Below are positions 63,460-64,000 of a stretch of 64,000 nucleotides of DNA, in pieces (positions within the stretch are counted from its first letter, which is position 1; the number at the start of each line of letters is the position of its first letter). The stretch is from Eledone cirrhosa (Eukaryota). The translations under genes and the position numbers were made by a program. The notes under the pieces are model-generated. The model did not search any database and had not been told where the DNA came from. It saw only the letters and a list, made by a program, of their open reading frames with translations. Location of the stretch: positions 117,180,001 through 117,244,000 of the forward strand of contig OZ024745.1 of NCBI GenBank assembly GCA_964016885.1, written 5' to 3'.

Positions 63460-63683
63460 ATATATATATATATATGTAAACAACTTTACTGGTAAGGTGT
63501 ATATTCATACAAAATTATTTAGAGACGTAATAAAGTTGTTTATAGGTTTTATTAATTCAGATGAATCCAATTATTGGATTATATAATTAATTAACTAATA
63601 ATTGATTGTATACCTTCTAAGATGGAAGAAATGTACGTTAATTAAAATATGATATAATTAACAGTATTTGGTCTTATTTTCAA

Positions 63684-63722
<39 letters not shown>

Positions 63723-63781
63723 TCATTATCGATTAACGTCTATCTTCCACGCTAGCATGGGTTATATATATATTATATATA

Positions 63782-64000
63782 TCATCATCATCATCATCAT
63801 CGTTTAACGTCCATCTTCCACGCTTGCATGGGTTTGGACGGGAGTTTTCCCGCTTGAGGCAAGAGTGGTTGTCTTGCTCGCATAGGACTGTCTGGCGGGT
63901 TTTCTACGGCTGGATGCCCTTCCTAACACCAACCACGTTTACAGTGTGGACTGGGAGGTTTTTACCGTGTTGCCTACACGGCCACATTACAGCGTGGACT
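63782..64000 (-). mobile_element. RTE family 1 3' UTR, young inverted copy
   Basis: Near-identical reverse complement of 63116-63338. Confidence 0.88.

Overview
AT-rich, repeat-dense eukaryotic DNA. The mix of tRNA-derived SINEs, RTE LINEs and TA/TATG/GAT microsatellites suggests a coleoid cephalopod such as Octopus (inference, not verified). Three spliced genes were reconstructed by hand from splice sites and reading frame. (1) The last two coding exons of endophilin B (SH3GLB-type SH3 domain), + strand, 9331-13603. (2) An apparently complete 8-exon, ~530-aa protein with two cyclic-nucleotide-binding domains (CNBD2-like), - strand, 38925-18084, probably with one GC-AG intron and a candidate RFX/FOX promoter near 43.4-43.7 kb. 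(3) The last four coding exons of Suppressor of fused (SUFU), - strand, 62482-53679. Introns and intergenic DNA hold decayed RTE LINEs of at least four families, CR1/L2 pieces, two Penelope-like elements, CRE-clade remnants, two SINE families, piggyBac- and Tigger-type MITEs, a non-autonomous Helitron and several minisatellites. The most unusual items are a tRNA-Thr(AGT)-like gene enclosed by ~85-bp inverted repeats (42643-42941), RTE LINEs with a PHD-like finger inside the RT and a long modular 3' UTR, a candidate truncating alternative last exon of SUFU, and a 27-bp satellite duplicated as a 529-bp higher-order unit. There is no CRISPR array or prokaryotic system. Family assignments rest on remembered motifs, not database searches.
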